Below the pieces are notes generated by a model. It saw nothing but the letters and a program-made list of their open reading frames with translations. It was not told where the DNA came from and did no database searches. A stretch of 64,000 nt of DNA from Candidatus Eiseniibacteriota bacterium (lineage in GTDB: Bacteria; Eisenbacteria; RBG-16-71-46; CAZAMP01), in assembly GCA_965224245.1 (NCBI GenBank), contig OZ245046.1, forward strand, positions 256,001-320,000, read 5' to 3'. Shown piece by piece: positions 19,924 to 29,941 of the stretch. A program made the position numbers and the translations under genes. Each line of letters starts with the position of its first letter. Position 1 is the first letter of the stretch.

Positions 19924-20748
19924 TCAGTCGCGGTGCGCAACGAACGAGATGGACTGCATCGGAGCGGCCACCGGCCCGGGACCGAGCTTCCGGGTGAGCG
20001 CGGCCTCGACGGCGCGAGTCGCCTCTTCCGCCACGCCCCGCTCCGCGAGGGCGGCGCCCAGCGGAGATCCCGAGACCAGGCCCTGGACCACCGCGCGAAC
20101 GGATGGCGCACGGCTGACCCCGGGATTGACCGACACGTTGATCCGGCCAAAGCCGGCCTCCTCCAGCTCTCCGCGTATCACGCGCAGATCATGATACCCG
20201 AAGGGCACGCTGAGGAAGACCGGAGGATCGGCGGGGAACAGATTCACGACCGTTTCGTGCACGAGCCGGGCCAGCCGGTTGCGGGCGAGAGAGTCCCACA
20301 CGTTGAAGACGAACGTTCCTCCGTCTCGTAGCACACGCAACGCCTCGCGGTAGCCGCGGACGTGATCCTCGAAGAACATGACCCCGAACTGGCAGGCAAC
20401 CGCATCGAAGGACTCGTCGTCGAACGGCAGATCCAGTCCGTCGGCAATCCGGAAGGACACGTTCTCCGATCCGGACAGGCGCGTCTCCGCCTGTCGGAGC
20501 ATGGCCGGGTTCACGTCGGATGCCACCACGGTCGCCGCGCCGCCGAGGGCGTGCGCCAGATGGCGGGTGAGCACTCCGGTTCCGGCCGCGGTCTCCAGAA
20601 CCGCCCCCCCGGCCGGAACCGACACGAGGCCGGCGAGGTCGCGGGCGAAGTCCTCGAAGATCAGAGGGACGAGGTGGTCGTCGTACGACTGCACGATCGA
20701 CTCGGCGAAGCTGGCGGTGGTCGTGGTCACGGCGTACATCCTTTCCAT
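19924..20748 (-). CDS. class I SAM-dependent methyltransferase (UbiE-like)
   Basis: VLETAAGTG, DLPFDDESFDAVACQFGVMFF; start may be GTG at 20730. Confidence 0.9.
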   Translation of the reverse strand: MERMYAVTTTTASFAESIVQSYDDHLVPLIFEDFARDLAGLVSVPAGGAVLETAAGTGVLTRHLAHALGGAATVVASDVNPAMLRQAETRLSGSENVSFRIADGLDLPFDDESFDAVACQFGVMFFEDHVRGYREALRVLRDGGTFVFNVWDSLARNRLARLVHETVVNLFPADPPVFLSVPFGYHDLRVIRGELEEAGFGRINVSVNPGVSRAPSVRAVVQGLVSGSPLGAALAERGVAEEATRAVEAALTRKLGPGPVAAPMQSISFVAHRD

Positions 20749-20935
20749 ATGGGGTTCGCCCACAGTTCGAAAACCGGCGCGAGAACCTGCAAGACGACCC
20801 GCCGTTCGACGCGGCTGGTGGATCCGGAGGGTGACTCGGTGGCTGGCTGGAGCTTATGATCAGTCGCTTGAACGCGTGTTCAACAAGCGCTGCGAGCATC
20901 CCCGGTGCCCGCGGGACCCTCACCGTGGAGTCGAC

Positions 20936-22492
20936 ATGACCGACGAGTCGCGAAAGCCCGCCGCCGACGGCGACGCCGTGGAGATCTTCCCCACAAAGGG
21001 GGCGACGACCCGCCACGAGCTGGATCTCCCGGGCGGGAAGATCCGATACCGCGCGATCGCCGACTGGATCACCCTCCGCAAGATACAGAAGCCGGTCGCC
21101 AAGGTCTTTCACACCGCGTACCTGGCGGACCTGCCCGAGGGCACGCCGCGTCCGCTGACCTTCGTGTTCAACGGGGGACCCGGCGCCGCGTCGGCGTACC
21201 TCCACATGGGCGCGCTCGGCCCCAAGCGCATCGCGTTCGGCAAGGTGGGAACGCTACCGCAGCCTCCCACCGAGGTCGTCGACAACGAGCAGAGCTGGCT
21301 GGGCTTCACGGACCTCGTGTTCATCGATCCCATCGGGACCGGTTTCAGCCGCGCACTCGAGGACGAGAAGGGCGAGAAGGAGGCGAAGAAGAACGACGGG
21401 GCGAAGTCCTCCGGTAGTCCCCAGGACCCGAAGGAGAATCCGGAGTTCTGGGAGATCGAGAAGGACCTCGACGCCCTCGGCGAGTTCATCCGACGGTTCC
21501 TGTCGCAGCACCACCGATGGATGTCGCCGCTGTTCGTCGCCGGCGAGAGCTACGGCGGCTTCCGGGTGGCCAAGATGGCCCGACGCCTCCAGCAGACACA
21601 CGGCGTCGGTCTCAACGGAGCGATCCTGATCTCCCCGGCCATCGAGACCGAGTCGCTCAGCGGGACCGACTACGACCTCACGTACTGGGTGGAGCTCTTT
21701 CCGTCCCTCGCCGCCGCCGCACACCACCACGGCCGCGCCCGTCATCACCCCGAGGGCGCCACGCTGGAGACGGTGCTCGAGGATGCACAGGCGTTCGCGC
21801 GCAACGACCTCTCGCGCTGGCTCGCACAAGGAGATGCCCTCGGCGACGACGAGCGGTCCCTGCTGATCAAGACGATGGCCGATCTGATCGGCCTGCCCGA
21901 GTCCACGGTGACCCGCAGCGGCGGCCGCATCGCGTCGACCGTGTTCTGCCGGCAGCTTCTCCGCGAGGAGCGCCGACTGTGCGGCCACTACGACGCCTCG
22001 ATCACCAGCGTCGATCCCTTCCCGGACCGCGACCAGTACGAGGGACCCGACCCGACGCTGTTCTCGATCGATCGTCTCTACGCGAGCGCCGTCAACCACC
22101 ACCTCCGGAGCAACCTCGAGCTCGACACCGAGCTCGACTACCGGCTCCTGAGCATGGAGGTGAACGCGGCCTGGAAGGATCGCTCACGCGATCACGTGTT
22201 CCGGAAGCTGACCGGCGCCATGGACGACCTTCGATACGGCATGAGCCTGAACGAGCACATGAAGGTCTTGATCGCGCACGGCTACTACGATCTCGTCACT
22301 CCGTTCTTCGGGAGCGAGCGACTGATCGCGCACATGAAGCTGACGCCGTCGCAGCGGAGGAACCTCGTGACTCGACACTTCAGAGGCGGGCACATGTTCT
22401 ACAGCTGGGACGAGTCACGCCAGGCATTCCTCAGAGAGACGGAGCGCTTCTACGCGTCGGCCCTGCCGGGCGGCGGAGCCGCGATCGCGTGA
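20936..22492 (+). CDS. peptidase S10 family serine carboxypeptidase
   Basis: FNGGPGAAS, FIDPIGTGFS, GESYGG, GYYDLVTP, GGHMFY. Confidence 0.93.
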   Translation: MTDESRKPAADGDAVEIFPTKGATTRHELDLPGGKIRYRAIADWITLRKIQKPVAKVFHTAYLADLPEGTPRPLTFVFNGGPGAASAYLHMGALGPKRIAFGKVGTLPQPPTEVVDNEQSWLGFTDLVFIDPIGTGFSRALEDEKGEKEAKKNDGAKSSGSPQDPKENPEFWEIEKDLDALGEFIRRFLSQHHRWMSPLFVAGESYGGFRVAKMARRLQQTHGVGLNGAILISPAIETESLSGTDYDLTYWVELFPSLAAAAHHHGRARHHPEGATLETVLEDAQAFARNDLSRWLAQGDALGDDERSLLIKTMADLIGLPESTVTRSGGRIASTVFCRQLLREERRLCGHYDASITSVDPFPDRDQYEGPDPTLFSIDRLYASAVNHHLRSNLELDTELDYRLLSMEVNAAWKDRSRDHVFRKLTGAMDDLRYGMSLNEHMKVLIAHGYYDLVTPFFGSERLIAHMKLTPSQRRNLVTRHFRGGHMFYSWDESRQAFLRETERFYASALPGGGAAIA

Positions 22493-22501
22493 GGGTGGCG
22501 C

Positions 22502-22798
22502 CTACGCGGATCGCGCGCTCGGCGCCTCGAGCTCGTCCACGTAGGCCCGGATCTCCTCTCGCGTGAACTTGTTGAGCTCGACGATCCTGGCCTGGTGACG
22601 AAACTGAGGCGGCACGATCTGGATCGCCTCCTCGCGGCTCTCCAGCTCGGCGACCAGCCATCCGACGTGGACACCGTCCCGGCAGCCCCAGTCGGCGTGC
22701 GTCATGAAGTGCGAGCCGTATTGCTCGATCGAGGCGAGAGCGGTGACGCACGAGGCATGGTCGCTTCCGTGCGTGAGCTCGATCATGTATCGGGGCAT
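22502..22798 (-). CDS. small hypothetical protein
   Basis: MPRYMIELTH..HADWGCRDGVHVGW..ARIVELNKF; RBS GAGAGG. Confidence 0.7.
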   Translation of the reverse strand: MPRYMIELTHGSDHASCVTALASIEQYGSHFMTHADWGCRDGVHVGWLVAELESREEAIQIVPPQFRHQARIVELNKFTREEIRAYVDELEAPSARSA

Positions 22799-23023
22799 GG
22801 CTCGAAACCTCTCTCCTGGGCGATGGATGATCGGCACGGCGCCGCGATGCCCGCCACGTCGCCGCCTTCGCCGCTCGGCGAACTCAGATGACAGTTCGAA
22901 ACCCGGGGCACGACCCTGCAACGCCATCTCGCACGCCGCCCGGAGAGGTGGCCGCTTCGGCCATAACACGTTGCCATCATTTGAGTTGATGCCTCGACCC
23001 GACGCGTGCCCCGTGCCGGCCGG

Positions 23024-24355
23024 TCAGCTCGCCACGCGGAGCCGCACGACCTTGGGATGGAGCCCCGGCGAGTGGGAGTAGGCGGCGTAGACGTCGCCGG
23101 ACTCCTGGTCCACGTCGAGGTGCCGGATGAACGCGTCCGGGGTCGTGAGCGCGTACTCGACGATCTTCCCGCTGCGAGCGTCGATGCAAGCGATGGCATC
23201 GTTGGCGCACTGGGAGACCCACACGCGGCCCCGCGCGTGATCGATCCGCGCGCAGTACGGGAGGCTGTTCCCGGTGGGAAACTCGAGCTCGGCGAACGTC
23301 TCGGTGTCCGGATCGAAGCGAGCGATCTTGCCGTTGGCGAACTCCGGGACCCAGACGCTCCCATCGGAGGCCACGTCGAGCCGGCGTGGCCCGCTGAACG
23401 AGGTCGGGAGGTAGTAGGAGCGGAACGCGCCGGCATCCGGGTCGTAAGCGAGCAGTCGGTTGCCGCCGAGCTCGGTGCACCAGACGGTGCCGTCGGGCCC
23501 CACCCGCAGACCGTAGGGAATGGGGGTGGCGATCGTGAACTGCTCGTTGGGCGGGACCTCGATGAGCACGGTGCGTCCCGTCGTGCCGTCGACGTACCCC
23601 ATGCGGATCGGGTCGAACGTGAAGTGGCCGTTGAACCAGACACGCTCCCGGGAGTCGAGCATCGTGCTGTGCGGGTACATCTCGATGTCGTAGTGATCCC
23701 AGGCCCCATCCGCCGCACGATATCGGGACATCTTCCGCGTCATGCCGCCGGCCACCCACCAGTCTCCGGACGGTCCCACGTCCAGCGCGCGCGGGTTGCC
23801 ACCGGGTCCCGGGATCGGCTCCTCGTGCCACGTCCCCGCGTCCGGGTCGAGCACGTACATCCGATTGGTCTGCATGCCGGTCACCAGGATCCGGCCGTCT
23901 CCGAGCACCCGGAGGTCGTGGGGGAGGTCGCGGGGCTCGGGCAGATCCCACTCGGTGATCGAGACGCCGTCGGTCACGCGCACGTCCACCGCCGAGCGCG
24001 CCGCCGCCTTCGCGACGGTCTGCTCGGTCAGGTGCTCGGCGAGAAAGCGAGCCGTCGCGGCGGCATCGCGCTCTGGCGACATCACCGGGAACGGCGTGTG
24101 GGCGCCGGAGAACATGAGCATCTTCCGGACCGAGGCCTCGAAGCCCGCGGAATCGGGCAGCGCACCGTCGGCATACAGGATGCGATCGTTCAGGGAGTGA
24201 CAGCCCATGCAGTCGAGGATGAGCTTTCGCTTCTCCTCGCCGTCGGGGAAGAGTGCGAGAAGATCGGACGCCCGCGCGCCGCCGGCGGCGGCGTCCGGCG
24301 CCCCGATCGAGGCGAGCACACACGCGAGCGATGCGGCGATCGTCGAACGAGTCAA
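23024..24355 (-). CDS. secreted cytochrome c / virginiamycin B lyase (Vgb)-like beta-propeller fusion
   Basis: Signal peptide; CMGCH; repeats PHDL.., PYGLRVGPDGTVWCTE, PRRLDVASDGSVWVPEF. Confidence 0.8.
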   Translation of the reverse strand: MTRSTIAASLACVLASIGAPDAAAGGARASDLLALFPDGEEKRKLILDCMGCHSLNDRILYADGALPDSAGFEASVRKMLMFSGAHTPFPVMSPERDAAATARFLAEHLTEQTVAKAAARSAVDVRVTDGVSITEWDLPEPRDLPHDLRVLGDGRILVTGMQTNRMYVLDPDAGTWHEEPIPGPGGNPRALDVGPSGDWWVAGGMTRKMSRYRAADGAWDHYDIEMYPHSTMLDSRERVWFNGHFTFDPIRMGYVDGTTGRTVLIEVPPNEQFTIATPIPYGLRVGPDGTVWCTELGGNRLLAYDPDAGAFRSYYLPTSFSGPRRLDVASDGSVWVPEFANGKIARFDPDTETFAELEFPTGNSLPYCARIDHARGRVWVSQCANDAIACIDARSGKIVEYALTTPDAFIRHLDVDQESGDVYAAYSHSPGLHPKVVRLRVAS

Positions 24356-24505
24356 GGCACGCTCCCGTGGATGGGGTGGGTTGCCCGGTGGCCACCCCCA
24401 TGGGAACGCGCCGGAGCCGTGCGAGGTTGCAGAGAGCGCGGGGACGGCGGAGCACGTGGGGATCGTGCCCGCGCCCGTCCGACCGCGCCCGGGAGGATTC
24501 GATCC

Positions 24506-25558
24506 TCACCGCACATCCAGGAGTCTGGAGAAGTACGGCAGAACCTCGGTGTACAGTCGGCCCTCGCGTCCCCACAACCGGCTCCGATGATCCCCGTTGT
24601 ACATCTCGAACGTGTGCTCGACCCCGAGCTCCGTCAGGACGCGCGAGAGCTCCCGCGACGTCAGCGGGATGTGCGTGAAGCTCTCCTCGAAGGCGGAGTC
24701 GAACCGCAGACTCCGCAGTCGGGACAGCGATTCCACGTAGTCGGGCACCATGTAGATGAGCATCTGTGACTGCCACCGCTCGAAGCCGGGATGAGCCGGC
24801 GCGAGCCCCTCGTCGCTCACCGCGAACGGGAGGTCGGTCATCAGCGGGACGTCGGGGTTCGGCGCGAAGGACTGGCTGACCGCCACCAGCGCGTGGACGT
24901 AGAAGCCGGTGCCGTCGAGGTCCTCCGGGCGCTTCACTCCATCGAGCTCGAGGAAGGCCCGGTTCTCGGTGGATACGTCTCCACCCCAGCCGAGGAGGGA
25001 AGGGTTCAGCCCGTAGGCCACGCTGAAGACCGTCGGGTGCTTCATGGCCAGCTTGATCGCCCCGTGCCCGCCCATGGAGTGGCCGGTGATCCCGCGTCCC
25101 TCCGCCGTGGGGACCGTCCGGTAGTGCGCATCCACGAACGAGACCAGATCGTCCGCCACGAAGTCCTCCCAGTCACCCCGGGTCGGGGAGTTCGTGTAGT
25201 GCGAGGCCTCGTCGCAGTGCGGGACGACCACGATCATCTCCCGGACCGAGCCGCCATCGATGCCCGTGTCCATCAACGCCTGGATCGTGTCGTAGCCCGG
25301 GTGCTCGTCGTTCCACGGCCGCGTCCAGGTCGTGTTGGAGTCGTATATCCCGTGAAGAATATATAGCGTCGGGTAGCGACGGTCGGGCGCTGCCTCGTAG
25401 CTGGGCGGCAGGTAGACCGACACCTCGCGCGTGGTCGGGATGTCGAGCAGGTTTCCCTCGAGGGAGGGGCCGGGCACGGTCGTGTTCGTGAGCGTGCCGC
25501 CCGCGAGCACCGGCGAGACCGCGATCAGCGTGGCGAGCGAGATGGCGAGTGTCCGCAT
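24506..25558 (-). CDS. secreted alpha/beta-hydrolase esterase
   Basis: VYLPPSY..YPTLYILHG; GHSMGG nucleophile elbow; YNGDH. Confidence 0.9.
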   Translation of the reverse strand: MRTLAISLATLIAVSPVLAGGTLTNTTVPGPSLEGNLLDIPTTREVSVYLPPSYEAAPDRRYPTLYILHGIYDSNTTWTRPWNDEHPGYDTIQALMDTGIDGGSVREMIVVVPHCDEASHYTNSPTRGDWEDFVADDLVSFVDAHYRTVPTAEGRGITGHSMGGHGAIKLAMKHPTVFSVAYGLNPSLLGWGGDVSTENRAFLELDGVKRPEDLDGTGFYVHALVAVSQSFAPNPDVPLMTDLPFAVSDEGLAPAHPGFERWQSQMLIYMVPDYVESLSRLRSLRFDSAFEESFTHIPLTSRELSRVLTELGVEHTFEMYNGDHRSRLWGREGRLYTEVLPYFSRLLDVR

Positions 25559-25620
25559 GCGTTTCTCCTCAGGTTGGGGTGAGTACGTCGCGGAGAATGT
25601 GCGAGTCGGACGTGTCGCGT

Positions 25621-25644
25621 CGTCTCGCTGAGCCCAGCGAGACG
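25621..25644. promoter_or_regulatory. inverted repeat between AraC and esterase genes (operator or terminator)
   Basis: CGTCTCGCTG-AGCC-CAGCGAGACG. Confidence 0.5.
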
Positions 25645-25676
25645 CTTTTTCTCGGATTTCCTCGGGGGAGGCGGGG

Positions 25677-26750
25677 CTAGACGGCAGCCGCCCGAAACTC
25701 GGAGGGCGTCATCCCGTGCGACTCGCGGAAGACCCGGTAGAAGGCGGCCTTGCTGTTGAACCCGGACTCGTACACCAGCTCGAGAACGGAGCGGTGCCGC
25801 TGTGCGGGGTCGCGCGCCAGGCGCTCGAACTCGGCCAGGCGGTAGCGGTTGATGAGCGCGTAGAAGTTCGTGTCGAGGCCCTCCCGGATCACCGCCGACA
25901 GGTGGCTCTCCTTCGACCGGAGCGCGGCCGCGAGATCCCCGAGACTCAGGTCCGGCTGGAGCCAGGGACGCTCGGTCTCGAGGTAGACCGTCAGACGCGA
26001 GACCTCGTCCGGCAGGTCGAGGCCGGGTGCCGGCCGCGGTCGGAGCGCCAGCACCCAGGGGCGCTGCAGGACCATCCACGAGGCCAGATAGATCACCACG
26101 GTGAGAACGAGGCTCGCGAAGGGATCGGACTCGAACGGCAGCGAGATTCCGAGCCGCTCGGCGAACGCCGCGGCGTAGATCGCGCCGGCCAGCCCCATGA
26201 TCGCGAGCACGCCGTGGCGCAGCCAGGCGAGCCCCGCCGCGCGGCGTCCCGACGCGCGGGCCTCCAGGGCCTGGTCGGACAGCGTCCGGAACGTGGCCGC
26301 CGCATAGCCGATCAGGAAGCCCAGCTTGAGCAGCATGTAGACCGGGACGGTGGGACCGCCGGCCAGGAATGCGAGGCGGTGGTCGGCGTCGCTCAGAACG
26401 AGCCACGCGGTTCCCCACAGCATCATGCCCGCGGCCAGTGGCACGAAGTGTCGCGCATCGCGGGCACGAACCCCGCGTGCCGGCTCGACGAGTGAGCGGG
26501 CGAACAGCAGCATCAGCGGTCCGATCGCCAGCTCGGTGTTGATGTTGAGGAACACCAGGAGACTGGAGGCCGAGAACGGAAGTCGGCCGATGACGGCCCC
26601 GGCCGCGATCATCGTCACGGCGACGCCGATCAGCGCCGCCAGGAGCCGCGCCGCGGTGCGATCGGAGCTTCGACGCAGCAGAAGGGCGCCGCACAGGAAG
26701 AGCCCCTGAACGCCTCCGATCGCGAACACCGTGGTCCAGAGTTCGGTCAT
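25677..26750 (-). CDS. membrane-anchored AraC family transcriptional regulator
   Basis: Multi-TM N-terminus; C-terminus NFYALINRYRL..GFNSKAAFYRVFR..GMTPSEFR; ATGA overlap with upstream kinase stop. Confidence 0.92.
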   Translation of the reverse strand: MTELWTTVFAIGGVQGLFLCGALLLRRSSDRTAARLLAALIGVAVTMIAAGAVIGRLPFSASSLLVFLNINTELAIGPLMLLFARSLVEPARGVRARDARHFVPLAAGMMLWGTAWLVLSDADHRLAFLAGGPTVPVYMLLKLGFLIGYAAATFRTLSDQALEARASGRRAAGLAWLRHGVLAIMGLAGAIYAAAFAERLGISLPFESDPFASLVLTVVIYLASWMVLQRPWVLALRPRPAPGLDLPDEVSRLTVYLETERPWLQPDLSLGDLAAALRSKESHLSAVIREGLDTNFYALINRYRLAEFERLARDPAQRHRSVLELVYESGFNSKAAFYRVFRESHGMTPSEFRAAAV

Positions 26751-29092
26751 GGCGACAGAGTACGACGGGCGATCGGGAGTGTTCCAGCGGTGCCACGGTC
26801 GCCCCGCCCGTCCGGCTCGCCCGGCGCCGCCACCACGAACGGTATCTCCGCCAGCTGCTCGGGTGCCTTGCCGACCTCGCGCAGGAAGGGAACCCACCGC
26901 GGATCAACGTGGAGGCTGGCGAACAGGGGGTCCGACACGATCTCGGCGAACGTGCCGGCGTTCCGCCGCTCCGTCTCGAGCCACTCGAAGGCGAGGTCGG
27001 GCTCGTTCCGGAAGGCGTGCACGCCGGCGATGTTGTAGGCCGCATCCTTCCGGTGCGCCGTCACGAGACGGGAGAGTGCGGCGTCGGACTCGGCCTTCCT
27101 CCCGAGCGCATGGTAGGCCATGGGCAGACCGATCATGCGGAAGACCTCCACGGCCTCCTGGTCGAACTCCGTGAGCGCTCCGTGCGCGTCCCCGCCGAGC
27201 AGCCTGGCAACGCCGATCTGGTAGTGCGCGACACCGTTGCCGGGGCTGAGGCTGAGCACGATCCGGTAGGACGCGATGGCGTCGTCGAGGCGTCCGGCGT
27301 TGAGCTGGCTGGTGCCCTGGTTGAACAGGCTGCTCACGTTCACGGCATCCCGAACGGTGATGGCCTCCCACAGCGTGACCGCCTCGTCACACCGGCCGAG
27401 CAGGTTGAGCAGCGTGGCGGCGTTTCCGAGCGCGCGCGGATTGGCCGGATCGAGTGTCGTCGCCCGCTCCAGGTACTGCGCCGCGGCGGCGAAGTCGCCC
27501 TCGCCGTACATCGCGTCGAAGGCGAGCCCGGCGTACGCGGGTGCGTACTGCGGATCGATCCGGAGTGCCTCGGTGTTGGCCTCGCGAGCCCGGGCAAACC
27601 CCTCCTCGGGAGGCATCAGGCCCGCCACCGCCTTGTTGCCGAAGTTCGTGGCCAGTGTGGCCCAGGCCGGCGCGTACTCCGGATCGATCTCGAGTACCCG
27701 CCGGAGGAGCGCGTCGGACTTCTCGAAGCCGTCCTTCACCGTCTGCCGGGCGAGCTGAATGCTCCGGAGGTAGAGCGCGTAGGCCTCGGGGTCCGTCTTG
27801 CGCGTCGTGGGCGTGTCGCCGAGCATGCTGATCCGGAGCTGCTTGACGACATCGGCCGCGATCTCATCCTGTATGGTGAAGATGTCGTCGAGCTTGCGAT
27901 CCCAGGTCTGGGACCAGACATGGAAGCCGCCCACGGCGCGAACGAGCTGCGCTCCGATCCGTACCCGGTCGCCCGATTTGCGCACCGACCCCTCGAGCAC
28001 GTGCGCCACCCGGAGCTGCCGCGCGATCTCCGGGATCCCGACGTCCTTGCCCTTGTACGAGAACGACGACGTCCGCGCGGTCACCCTGAGCTCCGGGATC
28101 CGGGTCAACAGGTTCAGGAGCTCCTCCGAGATGCCGTCGGCGAAGTACTCCTGACTCCGGTCGGGGGACATGTCCGCGAACGGCAGCACCGCGATCGAGT
28201 GGCGCTCCGCGGAGACGGCGGGACCGGTCTCGGTGATGCCCGACTCCACCTCTTTCTGAAGGGCGCGTAGCTCGTTGCGGACGTCGAGCGCGGCCTGATG
28301 GCGATCGGACGGCTCCTTGGACAGACAGAGAGAGATGATGCGACCGAGCTGCCGCGGTAGCTCCGGCCTCAGCTGCGTGACGGACGGCGGCGTGTCGCGC
28401 AGAATCGCCGACGCGACGTCCAGGTTGCTGGCGCCACCGAAGGGCCGCTCACCGACGGTCATCTCGTACAGCACGATGCCCAGCGAGAAGATGTCGCCAC
28501 GAGCGTCGATCTCCCGACCCCGCAGCTGTTCGGGCGACATGTAGGGCACGGTACCCATCACCATGCCCTCCTCGGTGAGGGTGGGGAGCGTGTCGGCGTC
28601 CTCCGTCGGGGCCGCCATGGTCCCGACGCGCTTGGCCAGTCCGAAGTCCAGCACCTTCACGCGTCCGTCCACTGTGATCATGACGTTGGCAGGCTTGAGG
28701 TCCCGGTGGATCACGCCCTTCGCGTGCGCCGCGGCGAGCGCATCCGCCAGCGTGGTGCCGATGTCGAAGACGCGGGCCAGCGGGAGACCCCCGGGCGGGA
28801 TCATCGCGTCGAGGCGCTGGCCCTCGACGAGCTCCATGACCAGGAAGTGCACACCTGCGTCTTCCTCGACGGAGTGGAGGGTCACGATGGAGGGGTGGGA
28901 GACTCCGGCCAGCGTCCGCGCCTCGCGCTCGAAGCGCTCCCGCCAGGCCCGGTCCGATGCCATGGCCGCCGGCAGCACCTTGAGGGCCACGTCGCGATCG
29001 AGCCTGGAATCGTGGGCGCGGTACACCTCGCCCATGCCGCCCTTGCCGACGAGGCTCGTGATCACGTAGTGCCCGAGGGCTCCACCGACCAT
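26747..29092 (-). CDS. Ser/Thr protein kinase with TolB-N-like domain and TPR repeats
   Basis: GKGGMGEVY, HRDLKPAN, DFGLAK, GTVPYMSPEQ; SIAVLPFADMS..EYFADGISEEL; TPRs. Confidence 0.93.
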   Translation of the reverse strand: MVGGALGHYVITSLVGKGGMGEVYRAHDSRLDRDVALKVLPAAMASDRAWRERFEREARTLAGVSHPSIVTLHSVEEDAGVHFLVMELVEGQRLDAMIPPGGLPLARVFDIGTTLADALAAAHAKGVIHRDLKPANVMITVDGRVKVLDFGLAKRVGTMAAPTEDADTLPTLTEEGMVMGTVPYMSPEQLRGREIDARGDIFSLGIVLYEMTVGERPFGGASNLDVASAILRDTPPSVTQLRPELPRQLGRIISLCLSKEPSDRHQAALDVRNELRALQKEVESGITETGPAVSAERHSIAVLPFADMSPDRSQEYFADGISEELLNLLTRIPELRVTARTSSFSYKGKDVGIPEIARQLRVAHVLEGSVRKSGDRVRIGAQLVRAVGGFHVWSQTWDRKLDDIFTIQDEIAADVVKQLRISMLGDTPTTRKTDPEAYALYLRSIQLARQTVKDGFEKSDALLRRVLEIDPEYAPAWATLATNFGNKAVAGLMPPEEGFARAREANTEALRIDPQYAPAYAGLAFDAMYGEGDFAAAAQYLERATTLDPANPRALGNAATLLNLLGRCDEAVTLWEAITVRDAVNVSSLFNQGTSQLNAGRLDDAIASYRIVLSLSPGNGVAHYQIGVARLLGGDAHGALTEFDQEAVEVFRMIGLPMAYHALGRKAESDAALSRLVTAHRKDAAYNIAGVHAFRNEPDLAFEWLETERRNAGTFAEIVSDPLFASLHVDPRWVPFLREVGKAPEQLAEIPFVVAAPGEPDGRGDRGTAGTLPIARRTLSP

Positions 29093-29241
29093 GCAGAACC
29101 TCCCAAGTTGTTGACTCGGAAAAGGCTATGGGAACTCATGGGGGCTGGTCAAGAGGGTCCCTTCCGGTGCGAGGGCGACGACGCTCGATCAACGGATCCG
29201 GCAGACGCGCACCGACTCGCGGCCGCGGCAGGTTCTCGGGC

Positions 29242-29271
29242 TTGACAAATAAGTAAATAGTTACTTACAAT
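29242..29271 (+). promoter_or_regulatory. sigma70 promoter with embedded palindromic operator
   Basis: TTGACA (29242-47) N18 TACAAT (29266-71); TAAGTAA-ATAG-TTACTTA at 29250-29267. Confidence 0.8.
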
Positions 29272-29278
29272 AAGATCC

Positions 29279-29938
29279 ATGAAGCTGACCGCCCGCAAGC
29301 CGTCGATGGAGCGGCGAGAGGAAATCGCCCGCGCGGTCCTCCACATCATCGGCAGACAGGGGCTCCGGTCGTTGACCACGAGCACGCTGGCCGCCGAGGT
29401 GGGCGTGACCACGGGCGCGCTCTATCGCCACTTCGCCTCGCTGGACGAGATCCTCACCGAGACCGTCCGCCACGGTGTCGACCGGATTCAGGCCACGTTC
29501 CCCGACGAGGGGCTTCCTCCCCTGGAGCGACTCTTGACGCTGGCCGGAAACCGCGTCCGGCTGCTTCGCGGCGAGCCCGGACTCGCGTGGCTGCTCCGGT
29601 CGGAGCAAGCGTACCTGGCGCTCCCCGAGGAAGCGGGAAGGAGTCTCCGCCAGGCCGCCCGGCGCAGCCGGCAGTTCCTGCGGCGTGCACTGGCCGATGG
29701 CGCCGCGGACGGGACGATTCGGAGCGACATCGAGCCGGACGTCCTGCTCGTGACCGTTCTCGGCACGATCCATGGGCTCGTCGGACACGGCGGCCCGTCG
29801 GCGTCGCGGTCGGGGTACCGGCGGCCCGGTCCCGACCGTGTCCTCTCGGGTCTCGCCCGGTTGCTCGAGCCGCATCCCGAGTCGGCACGAACGCCGGCTT
29901 CCAGACCGTTTGATGACGATCGTCGAACAAGGAGATGA
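29279..29938 (+). CDS. TetR/AcrR family transcriptional regulator
   Basis: RREEIARAVL..LTTSTLAAEVGVTTGALYRHF HTH. Confidence 0.92.
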   Translation: MKLTARKPSMERREEIARAVLHIIGRQGLRSLTTSTLAAEVGVTTGALYRHFASLDEILTETVRHGVDRIQATFPDEGLPPLERLLTLAGNRVRLLRGEPGLAWLLRSEQAYLALPEEAGRSLRQAARRSRQFLRRALADGAADGTIRSDIEPDVLLVTVLGTIHGLVGHGGPSASRSGYRRPGPDRVLSGLARLLEPHPESARTPASRPFDDDRRTRR

Positions 29939-29941
29939 GTC

